64,000 nucleotides of DNA from an uncultured Acidobacteriaceae bacterium (lineage in GTDB: Bacteria; Acidobacteriota; Terriglobia; Terriglobales; Acidobacteriaceae): positions 51,741 to 115,740 of the forward strand of contig CAVRWS010000016.1 of assembly GCA_963724815.1 (NCBI GenBank), written 5' to 3'. The notes beneath the pieces were generated by a model, which did not search any database, was not told the DNA's origin, and saw nothing but the letters and a program-made list of their open reading frames with translations. This document shows, one piece after another, positions 21,330 to 31,265 of the stretch. Every line of letters begins with the position of its first letter. Position 1 is the stretch's first letter. Position numbers and translations under genes: made by a program.

Positions 21330-22919
21330 CTAAGATGCGCTCGTTCTGGAACTCTTCGACCACGCGTAATATACCGGGATGCCTAGCAGTACCACAATCA
21401 GCCCCGGCCACGTGAATTGCGGTTTATAGCGCAATAGTATGACATCGATAAATAAAGCCATCACAATATAAATCGCTGGCAGCACCGGATAACCGACGGC
21501 GCGGTAGGGTCGCGGAACATCCGGACGCGTTTGCCGCAGCACGAACAATCCCACAATCGTCAGAATATAGAAAACCAGCACGGCAAAAATAATGTAATCG
21601 AGAAGTTGTCCATAGCTGCCCGAAGCGCACAGCAGGCACGCCCAGACCATCTGCACCATCAGGGAAACCGCCGGCGTTTTATAGGTTGGATGCAGCTTGG
21701 CCACGCTCTTAAAGAACAAGCCGTCCTTCGCCATCGCATAGTAGACGCGTGCGCCGGAGAGAATCAGCCCGTTATTGCATCCGAAGCTTGAAATCAGAAT
21801 GGCTCCGGCCATCAGCAATCCGCCGACAGCGCCGAACATCTGCGTCATCACCGCAGTCCCTACCCGATCTTCGGCGGCATACTTTATGCCTCGGCCTAGA
21901 ATCGTGGCCGCGCCTGCGCTTCCATCGAGCGGCAGCGCCAGTAAATAAATAAAGTTGCAGGCAATGTATAGCGCAATCACCACACCGGTGCCCAAAGCCA
22001 AAGACAACGGCAAATTGCGGTTGGGATTCTTCACTTCTCCCGCGGTAAACGTGACGTTGTTCCAGGCATCCGCCGAAAACAACGATCCCACCTGCGCCAC
22101 CGCCAGAATCGTCAGCGTCCCCACCATCACCACCGGCCCGCCCACTCCCACTTGAACGGCGTGCTGGGCGCCCAATCCAGCGTTGTGCCAGAAATGTCCG
22201 CTAAAGTTCGCCGCCAGCGCGTGAGCGTTTCTCCCCAACGCCAATCCGAACAATGCCAGCCCCAGCAGCGCCGAAACCTTCGCGGCAGTGAAAACATTCT
22301 GGATCAGCGCTCCAGTCTTCAATCCAAAAATATTCACCACCGAAAGGAAAACCACCAGAAGGATAGCGACCAGATTTTGCGTGTTGATTCCAACATCCAT
22401 GTTGCCCAGAACCATGGGGCCGAGACGAATCGGCGGCACTTTCCACAGATGCAGAATCCAGTTTGAAGAGGAAATCGCCGGAAAGAAAACTCCGAGGAAC
22501 TTGCCGAAAGCCACGCCGACAGCGGCAATTGTCCCGGTTTGAATTACCAGAAATAAAGTCCAGCCGTAGAGAAATCCCCACAGCGGCCCCAGCGCTTCGC
22601 GCAGATAAACATATTGGCCGCCGGCCCGCGGCATCATCGCTGCCAGTTCGCCATAACTGAGGGCGGCGACGATGGTCATGAAACCCGCCACTGCCCACGC
22701 GCCGATCAGCAAAGCCGGCGAAGCTACTTCGCGGGCAATCTCCGCCGAAACAATGAAAATTCCCGAGCCAATCATCGACCCCATGACCAGCATGGTGGCG
22801 CTGGTCAGACCAAGGCCTTTGACCAGTTCCTTATCCTGATGGCTATGAATTTCCCAGTCGCTGCTCGCGACCGGTCGCGTTGTCGGTGTACTCAGGCACC
22901 CTCCTGCACGATCACACAT
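21330..22919 (-). CDS. APC-superfamily amino acid transporter
   Basis: 529-aa ORF with LVMGSMIGSGIFIV motif and about 12 TM helices. Confidence 0.88.
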   Translation of the reverse strand: MCDRAGGCLSTPTTRPVASSDWEIHSHQDKELVKGLGLTSATMLVMGSMIGSGIFIVSAEIAREVASPALLIGAWAVAGFMTIVAALSYGELAAMMPRAGGQYVYLREALGPLWGFLYGWTLFLVIQTGTIAAVGVAFGKFLGVFFPAISSSNWILHLWKVPPIRLGPMVLGNMDVGINTQNLVAILLVVFLSVVNIFGLKTGALIQNVFTAAKVSALLGLALFGLALGRNAHALAANFSGHFWHNAGLGAQHAVQVGVGGPVVMVGTLTILAVAQVGSLFSADAWNNVTFTAGEVKNPNRNLPLSLALGTGVVIALYIACNFIYLLALPLDGSAGAATILGRGIKYAAEDRVGTAVMTQMFGAVGGLLMAGAILISSFGCNNGLILSGARVYYAMAKDGLFFKSVAKLHPTYKTPAVSLMVQMVWACLLCASGSYGQLLDYIIFAVLVFYILTIVGLFVLRQTRPDVPRPYRAVGYPVLPAIYIVMALFIDVILLRYKPQFTWPGLIVVLLGIPVYYAWSKSSRTSAS

Positions 22920-22935
22920 TTCGCCTTGGAGTGGA

Positions 22936-23003
22936 ACGGGAAGGGCACGGCTTTAGCCGGGCCATAAAGATACGCCAATGATTGGGGGCTTTAGCCCCTG
23001 AGG
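22936..23003. repeat. composite two-hairpin module (T-type + G-type elements)
   Basis: acgggaagggcacggctttagccgggcc (22936-22962) plus ggggctttagcccctgagg (22985-23003). The 19-mer is the exact reverse complement of 61704-61722. Confidence 0.85.
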
Positions 23004-23038
23004 TCATCCCGGCGCGCTGAACCCAAGGTCAAATGACT

Positions 23039-23671
23039 TTACCTCAAGATGCGCAAAAATTCCTCTGCTGATTTTCGTGGCTCCCGTATCAGATCAGATA
23101 TCACCGCCACGGAAACAGCCCCGGCCTCAATCACTGACGCAGCATTGCCCCGCGTGATTCCTCCGATAGCGACCAGCGGTTTTCTCGTCAATGACCGAGC
23201 CTGACGGACTCCTTCGAGACCTACCAGCGGATCAGGCTTCTCTTTGTTTGATGTAGAAAAGACGGGACCGATAGCAAGATAGTCGGCTGAAGTCCGATCG
23301 GCCTCCTGCAGTTGGTCTGGGTTATGAGTGGAAAGCCCGAGCCAGAGATCAGGTCCAATAATCCTTCGCACCGATTCCGGCGAAAGATCATCCTGCCCAA
23401 CATGCACGCCGTCGAACTCCGCAGCCAGGCACAAATCCGCGCGGTCATTCATGATCAGTCTTGGCAAGTGTGGCGCGGGCGCCCTCGCCCGCGAACGCCT
23501 GCGCAGTTCTCGAGCCTGCTCCAGTATCAGGCGTGCGTCCCCACTCTTGTTGCGGTATTGCAGCAGCGTGCATCCGCCCGCTACAAGCTCCTCGGCACAC
23601 GCCGCCAAGTCTTCCATTCTCGTAAAGCACGATGCATCCAGAATGGCATAAAGACGAGGAACAGAAATCAC
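23039..23671 (-). CDS. thiE: thiamine-phosphate synthase
   Basis: 210-aa ORF, TMP-TENI-like over its full length (LLQYRNK, VHVGQDD, AIGPVF, VAIGGI). Overlaps the accC stop by 4 nt. Confidence 0.9.
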   Translation of the reverse strand: MISVPRLYAILDASCFTRMEDLAACAEELVAGGCTLLQYRNKSGDARLILEQARELRRRSRARAPAPHLPRLIMNDRADLCLAAEFDGVHVGQDDLSPESVRRIIGPDLWLGLSTHNPDQLQEADRTSADYLAIGPVFSTSNKEKPDPLVGLEGVRQARSLTRKPLVAIGGITRGNAASVIEAGAVSVAVISDLIREPRKSAEEFLRILR

Positions 23672-25032
23672 GCCGCCGAATCCTTTTTATTCTTCGCCAG
23701 AAATCGCTCAATAAACCCAGTATCAAACTTCCCAGCCCGAAAATCCGGATCGGCCATAATCCTCCGGTGCAGCGGAATCGTCGTATACACGCCCTCGACG
23801 ATAAACATCTCCAGCGCGCGCGACATGCGCGAGATAGCTTCGTTGCGGTCTTTGCCGCGCACGATCAACTTGGCAATCAGCGAATCGTAATACGGCGGGA
23901 TCACGCCCTCGGTGTAGGCTGCAGTATCAATGCGCACTCCAGTCCCTCCCGGCGGATGAAACGCCGTAATCTTCCCCGCCGACGGCGTGAACTTCTCGGG
24001 ATGTTCCGCGTTAATCCGGCACTCGATGGCGTGCCCGCGATGCACAATCGGCCCTTGCAGCACGTCCCGCATATGAGCGCCGGCTGCAATCATGATCTGG
24101 CTCTTTACCAAATCCACGTCCGTCACCATCTCCGTCACCGGATGCTCCACTTGAATCCTCGTATTCATTTCAATGAAGTGCAATCGTCGGTCCTGATCCA
24201 TCAAGAACTCAATCGTTCCCGCATTCGTGTAGCCGATATCCGTGAGCGACCGGCACAACACTCCGCCGATCTGATCTCGTAACTCGCCCGTAACTTGGGT
24301 AGATGGCGATTCTTCCAGCAATTTTTGATGCCGCCGCTGGATCGAGCATTCTCTTTCGCCCAGGCTCACCACATTGCCGTGCTCATCCGCCAGCACCTGA
24401 AATTCGATGTGCCGAGGATGCTCGACATACTTCTCCATGTAAAGATCGCCATTACCGAACGCGCCCGCCGCCTCCGATTGCGCCGCCTTGAATAAACCCG
24501 GCAGCTCTTCTTCGTTGCGAACGATGCGCATCCCACGCCCGCCTCCGCCCGCCGAAGCCTTTAAAATCACGGGAAAGCCAACCTGCCGCGCCCACTCAAT
24601 CGCCTCGCCCTCCGATGCAATGATTCCATCCGAGCCGGGCAAAATGGGCACGCCCGCACGCTTCATGGCGGAACGAGCTTTTTCTTTTTCCCCCATCAGC
24701 CGCGTCACTTCCGGCCGCGGACCGATGAACTTGATCCCACTGGTCTCGCACACCTCGGCAAAGTTGGCGTTCTCCGCCAGCAAGCCGTAGCCGGGATGCA
24801 CCGCGTCCACGTTAGCGATCTCCGCAGCGCTGATGACCGCAGGAATGTTCAGATAGCTTAGCGCCAACTGTGGAGGCCCAATGCAAATAGCTTCATCCGC
24901 AAAACGCACCGGCAGGGAATGGCGATCCGCCTCGCTGTAAATGGCAACTGTACGGATGCCGAGTTCCTTGCACGCACAAATAACTCGCAGTGCAATCTCT
25001 CCCCGGTTCGCAATCAGAATTTTCTTAAACAT
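23668..25032 (-). CDS. accC: acetyl-CoA carboxylase, biotin carboxylase subunit
   Basis: ORF 23668..25113. Canonical start at ATG 25032 ([17 protein letters not shown]). ATP-grasp motifs are present throughout. Confidence 0.95.
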   Translation of the reverse strand: MFKKILIANRGEIALRVICACKELGIRTVAIYSEADRHSLPVRFADEAICIGPPQLALSYLNIPAVISAAEIANVDAVHPGYGLLAENANFAEVCETSGIKFIGPRPEVTRLMGEKEKARSAMKRAGVPILPGSDGIIASEGEAIEWARQVGFPVILKASAGGGGRGMRIVRNEEELPGLFKAAQSEAAGAFGNGDLYMEKYVEHPRHIEFQVLADEHGNVVSLGERECSIQRRHQKLLEESPSTQVTGELRDQIGGVLCRSLTDIGYTNAGTIEFLMDQDRRLHFIEMNTRIQVEHPVTEMVTDVDLVKSQIMIAAGAHMRDVLQGPIVHRGHAIECRINAEHPEKFTPSAGKITAFHPPGGTGVRIDTAAYTEGVIPPYYDSLIAKLIVRGKDRNEAISRMSRALEMFIVEGVYTTIPLHRRIMADPDFRAGKFDTGFIERFLAKNKKDSAA

Positions 25033-25152
25033 TGAAGTCAAAATGTGGGGACATTCGCCCGGGCTGCCCCCGGTCGCAGCCCGGCCTGTTAACCGCGCCC
25101 CTTTCAGACGCAAAAAAGCGCGCGAAGTACGCGCGCTCGTTTCTCGAACCTC

Positions 25153-25638
25153 TCACTTTTTCGCCCGGATGGCGAACAACTCCTGCCCGTATTCAATCGG
25201 CTGGCCGTTGCTTCCCAACTTCTTCACGATCTCCCCAGCCACATCCGACTCAATCTCATTCAGCAATTTCATAGCTTCGACGATGCACAGTACCTGCCCC
25301 ACTTCCACCGTATCGCCGACCTTCACGAAAGGCGGTGCACCCGGCGAGGGCGCTTCGTAGAATGTCCCCACAATCGGAGACTTCACCATGTGAAGATTCT
25401 CTTCCGGAACCGGCTCGCTGGAAGCCGCCGCCGGGACGGGGGGAGAAGCTGTGGACGTGGCCTGCCCAGGTTGTCCAACGGGCGCAGGCGCATAAGGCAT
25501 TTCCGTGCGCGCATGCACCACGATGTGCTCGCCGGCCCGCTTGATCTTCACTTTGACATCGCCCCGTTCCAGTTCGAACTCAGCAATGTCTTTTTCTATT
25601 AAGAACTCAATGAGTTCCTTCAGCTCTTTTTGATTCAT
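25153..25638 (-). CDS. accB: biotin carboxyl carrier protein
   Basis: 161-aa ORF with Pro/Ala linker and biotinyl-lysine motif EAMKLLNEIE. Confidence 0.93.
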   Translation of the reverse strand: MNQKELKELIEFLIEKDIAEFELERGDVKVKIKRAGEHIVVHARTEMPYAPAPVGQPGQATSTASPPVPAAASSEPVPEENLHMVKSPIVGTFYEAPSPGAPPFVKVGDTVEVGQVLCIVEAMKLLNEIESDVAGEIVKKLGSNGQPIEYGQELFAIRAKK

Positions 25639-25719
25639 TCGTATAAAAGGTAGGACCGTTTGCCGTCCCAGGAACGGCCTAGCGCCTGTCTCCGACGCCT
25701 TACTTCAACCCCGAAAGAC

Positions 25720-26820
25720 CTAAACCACCAGGAAATCCTTGCTCGTAGGCGTTAGCACTTCACAACCCGTCTCGCTTACGGTCACCATGTCCTCGATCCT
25801 CACGCCCCATTTGCCGGGGAAGTATACTCCCGGCTCAATCGTGATAACCATACCGGGCCGCAGTATCTCCTCCTGCCTGGCAGCGATCCGTGGCGGTTCA
25901 TGAATCTCCAAGCCCACGCCATGACCGGTCGAATGAGTAAAGTAGCGGCCTAACCCGGCCTTGCGTAACACTTTACGCGCGGCCTCGTCTACTTCCGCTA
26001 CACGAACTCCGGGCCGCACAGCCGCAATCGCCGCCTGCTGCGCTTCTCTTACCGATTCGTACGCGACGCGAGCGTCTTTCGGGACAACTCCGGACGCTGC
26101 CCCAACCCATACAGTGCGGGTCTGGTCCGAACAATAACCTGCGAGTATAACACCGAAATCGCACACTACGAACCCGCCCCGCGTGATGGCTTGCCGTGAA
26201 GCCCGACCATGCGGCAACGCTGACCTTGCCCCAGAAGCAATGATCGTAGGAAACGACATTTCCTCTGCCCCCGCCCGCCGCGCCGTGTACTCCATCTCGG
26301 CTGCCACATCCGTTTCTTTTATTCCCGGGCGCAATACTTCAAGGGCATTATCGAATAAATTTGCACCGAGCTGAACCGCCGCGCGAATCTTCTGTAACTC
26401 GTCGGCATCCTTCACCATTCGCGCTCGTTCCACAACCGCAGACGCCTCCTGAATCCTCCGGCCCCTCGGCAGCAAATCCGTCAGCCTTCTTTTTTCCGCG
26501 ACCGTCATGTGTTCGGATTCAATGCCGATCGTCCATCCCTTCGACCGCTGCCGGCGGGATCCAATCCATTCAGCCAGTTCGCTCAATACGGCCTTCCTCG
26601 CAATGACGACCTTCGCGCCCTTTACCTCCTCACGACTCTGCGTGTCATAACGGACGTCCGTGAAAAAGACACTGCCGGATTCCTCGACCAGCAAGAACCC
26701 CGCGCTGCCGGTAAAGCCGCAAAGATATCGAATGTTAGGGAGATGACTGATCAGCAAGGCGTCAAACCGCGTTGTGGCGAGATGCTCCCGCAGTTTCTTC
26801 TGACGAAGGAGGAAATTCAT
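25720..26820 (-). CDS. pepP: M24B Xaa-Pro aminopeptidase
   Basis: ORF 25720..26952. Likely start ATG 26820 (MNFLLRQKKLREHL). Metal-binding motif HSTGHGVGLEIHE. Confidence 0.88.
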   Translation of the reverse strand: MNFLLRQKKLREHLATTRFDALLISHLPNIRYLCGFTGSAGFLLVEESGSVFFTDVRYDTQSREEVKGAKVVIARKAVLSELAEWIGSRRQRSKGWTIGIESEHMTVAEKRRLTDLLPRGRRIQEASAVVERARMVKDADELQKIRAAVQLGANLFDNALEVLRPGIKETDVAAEMEYTARRAGAEEMSFPTIIASGARSALPHGRASRQAITRGGFVVCDFGVILAGYCSDQTRTVWVGAASGVVPKDARVAYESVREAQQAAIAAVRPGVRVAEVDEAARKVLRKAGLGRYFTHSTGHGVGLEIHEPPRIAARQEEILRPGMVITIEPGVYFPGKWGVRIEDMVTVSETGCEVLTPTSKDFLVV

Positions 26821-26891
26821 GCTCGCTGAGTTTAACAGGCAGACGCAAGAAGGTCTGAATTCGCAGAGATCAGTTCTCTGAGAACTGACTT

Positions 26892-26940
26892 CCCAAAAAA
26901 CAAAGCCGCCGGCCCTGACAGGTTCTTCAGGCCGGCGGCT
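26892..26940 (-). terminator. rho-independent terminator of the pil operon
   Basis: 11-bp perfect stem agccgccggcc (26904-26914) / ggccggcggct (26930-26940). On the minus strand it is followed by TTGTTTTTTGGG, 38 nt after the pilQ stop. Confidence 0.7.
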
Positions 26941-26977
26941 TTCAATCTTCAACCTAGCGCTGCTATGTCTGACGCTG

Positions 26978-29164
26978 TTACGTCTGAATGATTCGCGGCG
27001 TGATGAAGAAGATCAACTCCTGGTTAGACGTATTTACCTGCGTATGCTTGAACAGGTTTCCCAGGATTGGGATGTTGCCCAGCAACGGTACCTGATCGAT
27101 GTTGATCGAATTCTGCGTCTGGATCACGCCACCGATCACCACCGTGCCGCCATCAGTCACCAGCACCTGGGTGGTCGCCTGTTGTGTGATCAACTCAGGA
27201 TTACCCTGCACTTGCTGACCGAAGTTCGGCGTGGTGTTCTCCACATCGATATTCAGAAAGATCGTATTCTCTGACGTGATCTGTGGTGTCACTGTCAAGC
27301 GCAGGAAGGCGCTGACGTAGGTTACGGTCGGAGGACCGCCCAACTGCGCCTGAGTCACGATGGGCACCTGCACGCCCTGTTTCACCAGAGCCTGGATATT
27401 GTTTTGGGTAACTACCCGCGGCCGCGACAGAACCTTCAGCAAACCGCGCGATTCGGCCATCGAAAGTACGGCGTCGATTCGCACTGTATTGCTGGCATTC
27501 AGGAACGTCAAGCCGCTGGTGGGCGAAGTCGAAGCCAGATTAGAGAACAACGGAATCGTCGACCCCGTCGTTGACCCTCCCCCCGTGCCGGGCAAGGTGA
27601 CGTAGCCTGGCGTCAAACCGCCGACGGTGGTGGGCGAACTTCCCACTGCGGAGGCGCCGCCAATCGCGCTGTGTCCGTCGCCCCAGCCGAAACCGAGCTG
27701 TGTGCCAATGTCGCGGGCAAAGGTTCGGGTTGCTGCCACGACGCGGGCTTCGATTTCCACTTCCTGTGTCTTGCGGTCGAGCTGCGTCAGCAAGCGGTCG
27801 ATGATTGGGATCACTTTCGGAATATCGTTCACGATGATGGCATTGGTACGTTCATCCGCAACCACGTCACCGCGCTGCGAGAGGAATTTCTTCACCGTGA
27901 TCATTACATCCTTGGCATGAGCATAGCTGAGAAAACGCGTGATGGAAACTTTTTCCACCGCCATCGCCTCCGCTTCCACCTGGGCGCGCCGTCCGTCTGC
28001 TTCTTTCTTGAGCGTGTCCACTGTGGCGATGCGCAGGACATTGCCTTCCAGTTCACGGGCCAGATCGTTGTTCTTGAGTACGATGTCCAAAGCCTGATCC
28101 CACGGCACATCGTCTAATACCACCGTCAACGTGCCGTGCACATTCGGATCCAGCACCACGTTTAAACCGCTGATCTCGTGAATCAGCCGGAAGAAATCCT
28201 TCAGATCCACATCTTTCAGGTTCACTGAAATCGGTTCACCCGTATACTTCGGGCCAACCGAAGTGGGCTGCTGCCCAGCTTGCGCTCTCTGCTCCGCAGC
28301 CAGATTGACTGCAGGCTCAATGCCGGTACTGGATGAGACGCTCTGCGACGCCTGCGACGCGTTCATGCTTACCGGCAGCAACTCCGCCGCCGTCTTGTCG
28401 GCAAACTTCGCCGCCGCTTCCTGAGCGCGTCCGGCAGGCTCATCTGCCGTCTCGGTGGTGCTGGTCTTGGCAGCGTATTTGGGTTCCACGAACACGAAAT
28501 CGCTGGTCGGGGGAGCGTCCAGCTTCTGACCACTCGGAGCCACGTTCGTTGCCACGGCCTTCGGCTCAAGCGGATGACTGGCCACGGGCGCAGTTGCTGC
28601 CGCTGCCACTTTCACTTCCACTTCCGTTTTCGATTCAACGACGCGCGGTGCAAACGGGGATATTCCTTGTTTCGCCACCGGAGAGGCTTCCGCCACTACC
28701 GCTTTGGGAGCGTGTGCGCTCGCCGCCGTCACAGACGACGTATGCAGGGTCAACACCAGCTTTCCATCAGCCGACGAATTCAATTCGTAGCGGCAAGCAT
28801 GCTCGAGGTCGATCACCAGGCGCGTGGTTGGAGGAGTGTGGCCATCCATGGCGATGCGCACCCCTTTGACCCCGTCGCTGCCGATGCCGATACGGCTTTG
28901 CCCGGTCGCCATCACCGTCCCAGGCAAATCCAGGATCAGGCGCGCGGGCGAGTCCGCCGTGCTCAGCTTGGGCGTCACTTGGCCACGAGCGCTGATCTCG
29001 ACCCGGATCTCATCCGCGCCGCGGACCACGTTCACTCGTTGCAGCTCGTTTCGCTGGCTCGCCGCCGGTAACGCCGGCGTCTCTGCGGCTGAAGCCATCA
29101 GCCCCAGCAGCATCAGCGGTAGGATCACACTCAGCAGTTGCTTTCGCATTTCGCTTCTCCCCAA
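26978..29164 (-). CDS. pilQ: type IV pilus secretin PilQ
   Basis: 728-aa ORF with signal peptide, AMIN-like N-terminus (ARLILDLPGT) and C-terminal secretin domain (VPLLGNIPILGNLFK). Confidence 0.9.
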   Translation of the reverse strand: MGRSEMRKQLLSVILPLMLLGLMASAAETPALPAASQRNELQRVNVVRGADEIRVEISARGQVTPKLSTADSPARLILDLPGTVMATGQSRIGIGSDGVKGVRIAMDGHTPPTTRLVIDLEHACRYELNSSADGKLVLTLHTSSVTAASAHAPKAVVAEASPVAKQGISPFAPRVVESKTEVEVKVAAAATAPVASHPLEPKAVATNVAPSGQKLDAPPTSDFVFVEPKYAAKTSTTETADEPAGRAQEAAAKFADKTAAELLPVSMNASQASQSVSSSTGIEPAVNLAAEQRAQAGQQPTSVGPKYTGEPISVNLKDVDLKDFFRLIHEISGLNVVLDPNVHGTLTVVLDDVPWDQALDIVLKNNDLARELEGNVLRIATVDTLKKEADGRRAQVEAEAMAVEKVSITRFLSYAHAKDVMITVKKFLSQRGDVVADERTNAIIVNDIPKVIPIIDRLLTQLDRKTQEVEIEARVVAATRTFARDIGTQLGFGWGDGHSAIGGASAVGSSPTTVGGLTPGYVTLPGTGGGSTTGSTIPLFSNLASTSPTSGLTFLNASNTVRIDAVLSMAESRGLLKVLSRPRVVTQNNIQALVKQGVQVPIVTQAQLGGPPTVTYVSAFLRLTVTPQITSENTIFLNIDVENTTPNFGQQVQGNPELITQQATTQVLVTDGGTVVIGGVIQTQNSINIDQVPLLGNIPILGNLFKHTQVNTSNQELIFFITPRIIQT

Positions 29165-29243
29165 CTCGCGGGTCTACCCCGCGGTCCTTACTGGAACTCG
29201 ATTTTGTTGATGTTCCGGCTCTCCCGGAGCACCGTTGCCCACG

Positions 29244-30011
29244 CTAAACAGCTGGCGTGAAAATTCGTTTGGTCACTTCCCGCGTCATCGCTTTGCCTAA
29301 CTTGTCCTGGACCGTCTCCTGAAACACGACCGTATCGCCAGTAATCCTCACTACGTATCCGTTGAATACCGGGTCGTTTTCCCGTAGGAAGTACGCCTTA
29401 TTCAGCGAATTGGTGACAACCGCGATGAAGCCGTTCTCCGACTTCACCACACCACGCAGATTGATCTGCCCGATCTCCAGGCACTTTTTCCCGGTCGAGC
29501 AACCCGAGCCAGAAGGCTCCTGCACGATGGGACTGAAAAATGGATCGCGCTTCCCAGTCATCGCCCATTTCTTTTCTTCGGGCTTAGGCGCCTTGGGAGC
29601 CTCGGCGACTTTGGCGGCGTCATCCGTTTTGGCATCCGGCGAGATTTTGACGTTGGCGGCAGGCACGGCCTTGGCTGCAGTCTTAGGCGCCGTCTCTTTT
29701 GCAGCGATAACAGAATGGGCCGTCTTCTTCTTCGCAGCCGGCGCGGGCTGCGATTTGGCAACGGCGCTGGCTGGCGCAGGAGCACTCTTCATAACCGAAA
29801 CAGGTACAATGGCAGCGGACTTCGCTGCGGCTCCCGGAGCCGGCTTCGCCGACGGTGTGCTGGAAATTCCCAGCGCTGCGTTGGAGTCATCCGTCTTCTT
29901 CTGCTGCACCGCATTCATGGTGCCCTGCACCTTATTGATGATGTTGGGATTCTGGGCCCAGAGTCCGCCCGTCATCATTCCCACTGCCAGAATGCATGTC
30001 GTTAGCTTCAT
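29244..30011 (-). CDS. pilP: pilus assembly protein PilP-like with Ala/Pro/Lys-rich linker
   Basis: 255-aa ORF with signal peptide, low-complexity A/P/K linker and C-terminal PilP-type domain with the GKRDPFFSP motif. Position between pilO and pilQ. Confidence 0.75.
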   Translation of the reverse strand: MKLTTCILAVGMMTGGLWAQNPNIINKVQGTMNAVQQKKTDDSNAALGISSTPSAKPAPGAAAKSAAIVPVSVMKSAPAPASAVAKSQPAPAAKKKTAHSVIAAKETAPKTAAKAVPAANVKISPDAKTDDAAKVAEAPKAPKPEEKKWAMTGKRDPFFSPIVQEPSGSGCSTGKKCLEIGQINLRGVVKSENGFIAVVTNSLNKAYFLRENDPVFNGYVVRITGDTVVFQETVQDKLGKAMTREVTKRIFTPAV

Positions 30012-30019
30012 AGCGATTC

Positions 30020-30658
30020 CTATTTGCCCCCGCTTGCGGCCTTGGCTCCTGGTGCCGCGCCCGCCGGCTCCAGATCGTGACTGAAGAATGTGGTCGCGGT
30101 AAATGTCGCTACCACACTTTCATTCGGCGCGTACAGATATGTATGCTTCGCTTTTGCGCCTTGCGGATTCTTCGTATTCGAAACCAGAAGCCCGCTCACA
30201 TTCACCAAACGCTCCAGCTTGCCCAGCCGATCGAAAAAGTTCAGCATCGAGTAATACGGACCGTCCAACTCCAGATCGAACGGCATTTCCGAGTAATACT
30301 CCTTGGCGACAACGGGCTTGGCGGTGTAGCGCCGCAGCTCCACGCCCGCCTTCGCCGCTTCACCGTCCATGGTTTCAATGAAGGTATCCACTTGCTTCTC
30401 GTCCGGAACGATGCGCCGCTCGATTTCCAGTTGCTGCTTCAAGTTGGCCAGCTGCCGATCCATGTCCTTAAGCTTGGGACGGTAAGACTCCAGTTCGTTG
30501 TTCTCCCGAACTTTGTCCTGCAACGCATGTTGTGCCGCCGTGTTTTTGTCGCTCTGGTTCTTGAACACCGTGAAGTACAGCGCAGTGCTCACCAGCGCTC
30601 CCCCCAGGATGACCGCCCCCCATTGCTTCAGGCCCGACAGTTCACTGAAATTAGCCAT
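30020..30658 (-). CDS. pilO: pilus assembly protein PilO
   Basis: 212-aa ORF with single N-terminal TM, coiled coil and PilO-like C-terminal domain. Operon position supports the call. Confidence 0.8.
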   Translation of the reverse strand: MANFSELSGLKQWGAVILGGALVSTALYFTVFKNQSDKNTAAQHALQDKVRENNELESYRPKLKDMDRQLANLKQQLEIERRIVPDEKQVDTFIETMDGEAAKAGVELRRYTAKPVVAKEYYSEMPFDLELDGPYYSMLNFFDRLGKLERLVNVSGLLVSNTKNPQGAKAKHTYLYAPNESVVATFTATTFFSHDLEPAGAAPGAKAASGGK

Positions 30659-30668
30659 AAGTGCGCCT

Positions 30669-31265
30669 CTAGGACTTTCCCTTCTCGCAGGTCAGCGTGA
30701 ATTGAAATGCCTGCATGTCCTTAATCGTTTCATCCTGGTAGGTTTCCTTGATCTCGACCGTTTTGAAGAAACCGGTCTTTTGCAGATTTGCGATCAGGTT
30801 TGCCACCGCATCTGCGCTCAGCGCAGTTCCTTCCAGACTCACATTCGAACCCGTGTCATCCATGCTCTTCAACCAAACCGCCTCGGTTCCATTCACCGTC
30901 TCACCCAGCATGGCGAGAAGGTTGACCGGACCGGTCTGACCCGCAGTGTGCAGCTGCTCAATCACATCTACCCGCCGCTTATAGTTGTTGGCTTGAGTCT
31001 GGCGTTCCAGGTAGCGCGCCTTCACATCGCTAAGTTCGCGATTCTGTTTTTCGGCGGCCTGCATCTGCGTTGCGATCACTTTGCCCTGTTTGTCCAATCG
31101 GTACCAGTATCCGAAGTTGAGTAGCCCTGCGAGCAACAGCACGACCAGCACCTTCAGCTTGGGCGATCCCATATCGCCCATTTCCATCGTGGGCATGGAC
31201 GGGGCGTTGCTGCCGCCGCGCTTGTTTTTCCCTTTGGAGGATTCCAGCAGATTGATTTTGATCAT
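30669..31265 (-). CDS. pilN: pilus assembly protein PilN
   Basis: 198-aa ORF starting MIKINLL, with single TM and coiled coil. Overlaps the pilM stop by 4 nt. Confidence 0.8.
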   Translation of the reverse strand: MIKINLLESSKGKNKRGGSNAPSMPTMEMGDMGSPKLKVLVVLLLAGLLNFGYWYRLDKQGKVIATQMQAAEKQNRELSDVKARYLERQTQANNYKRRVDVIEQLHTAGQTGPVNLLAMLGETVNGTEAVWLKSMDDTGSNVSLEGTALSADAVANLIANLQKTGFFKTVEIKETYQDETIKDMQAFQFTLTCEKGKS

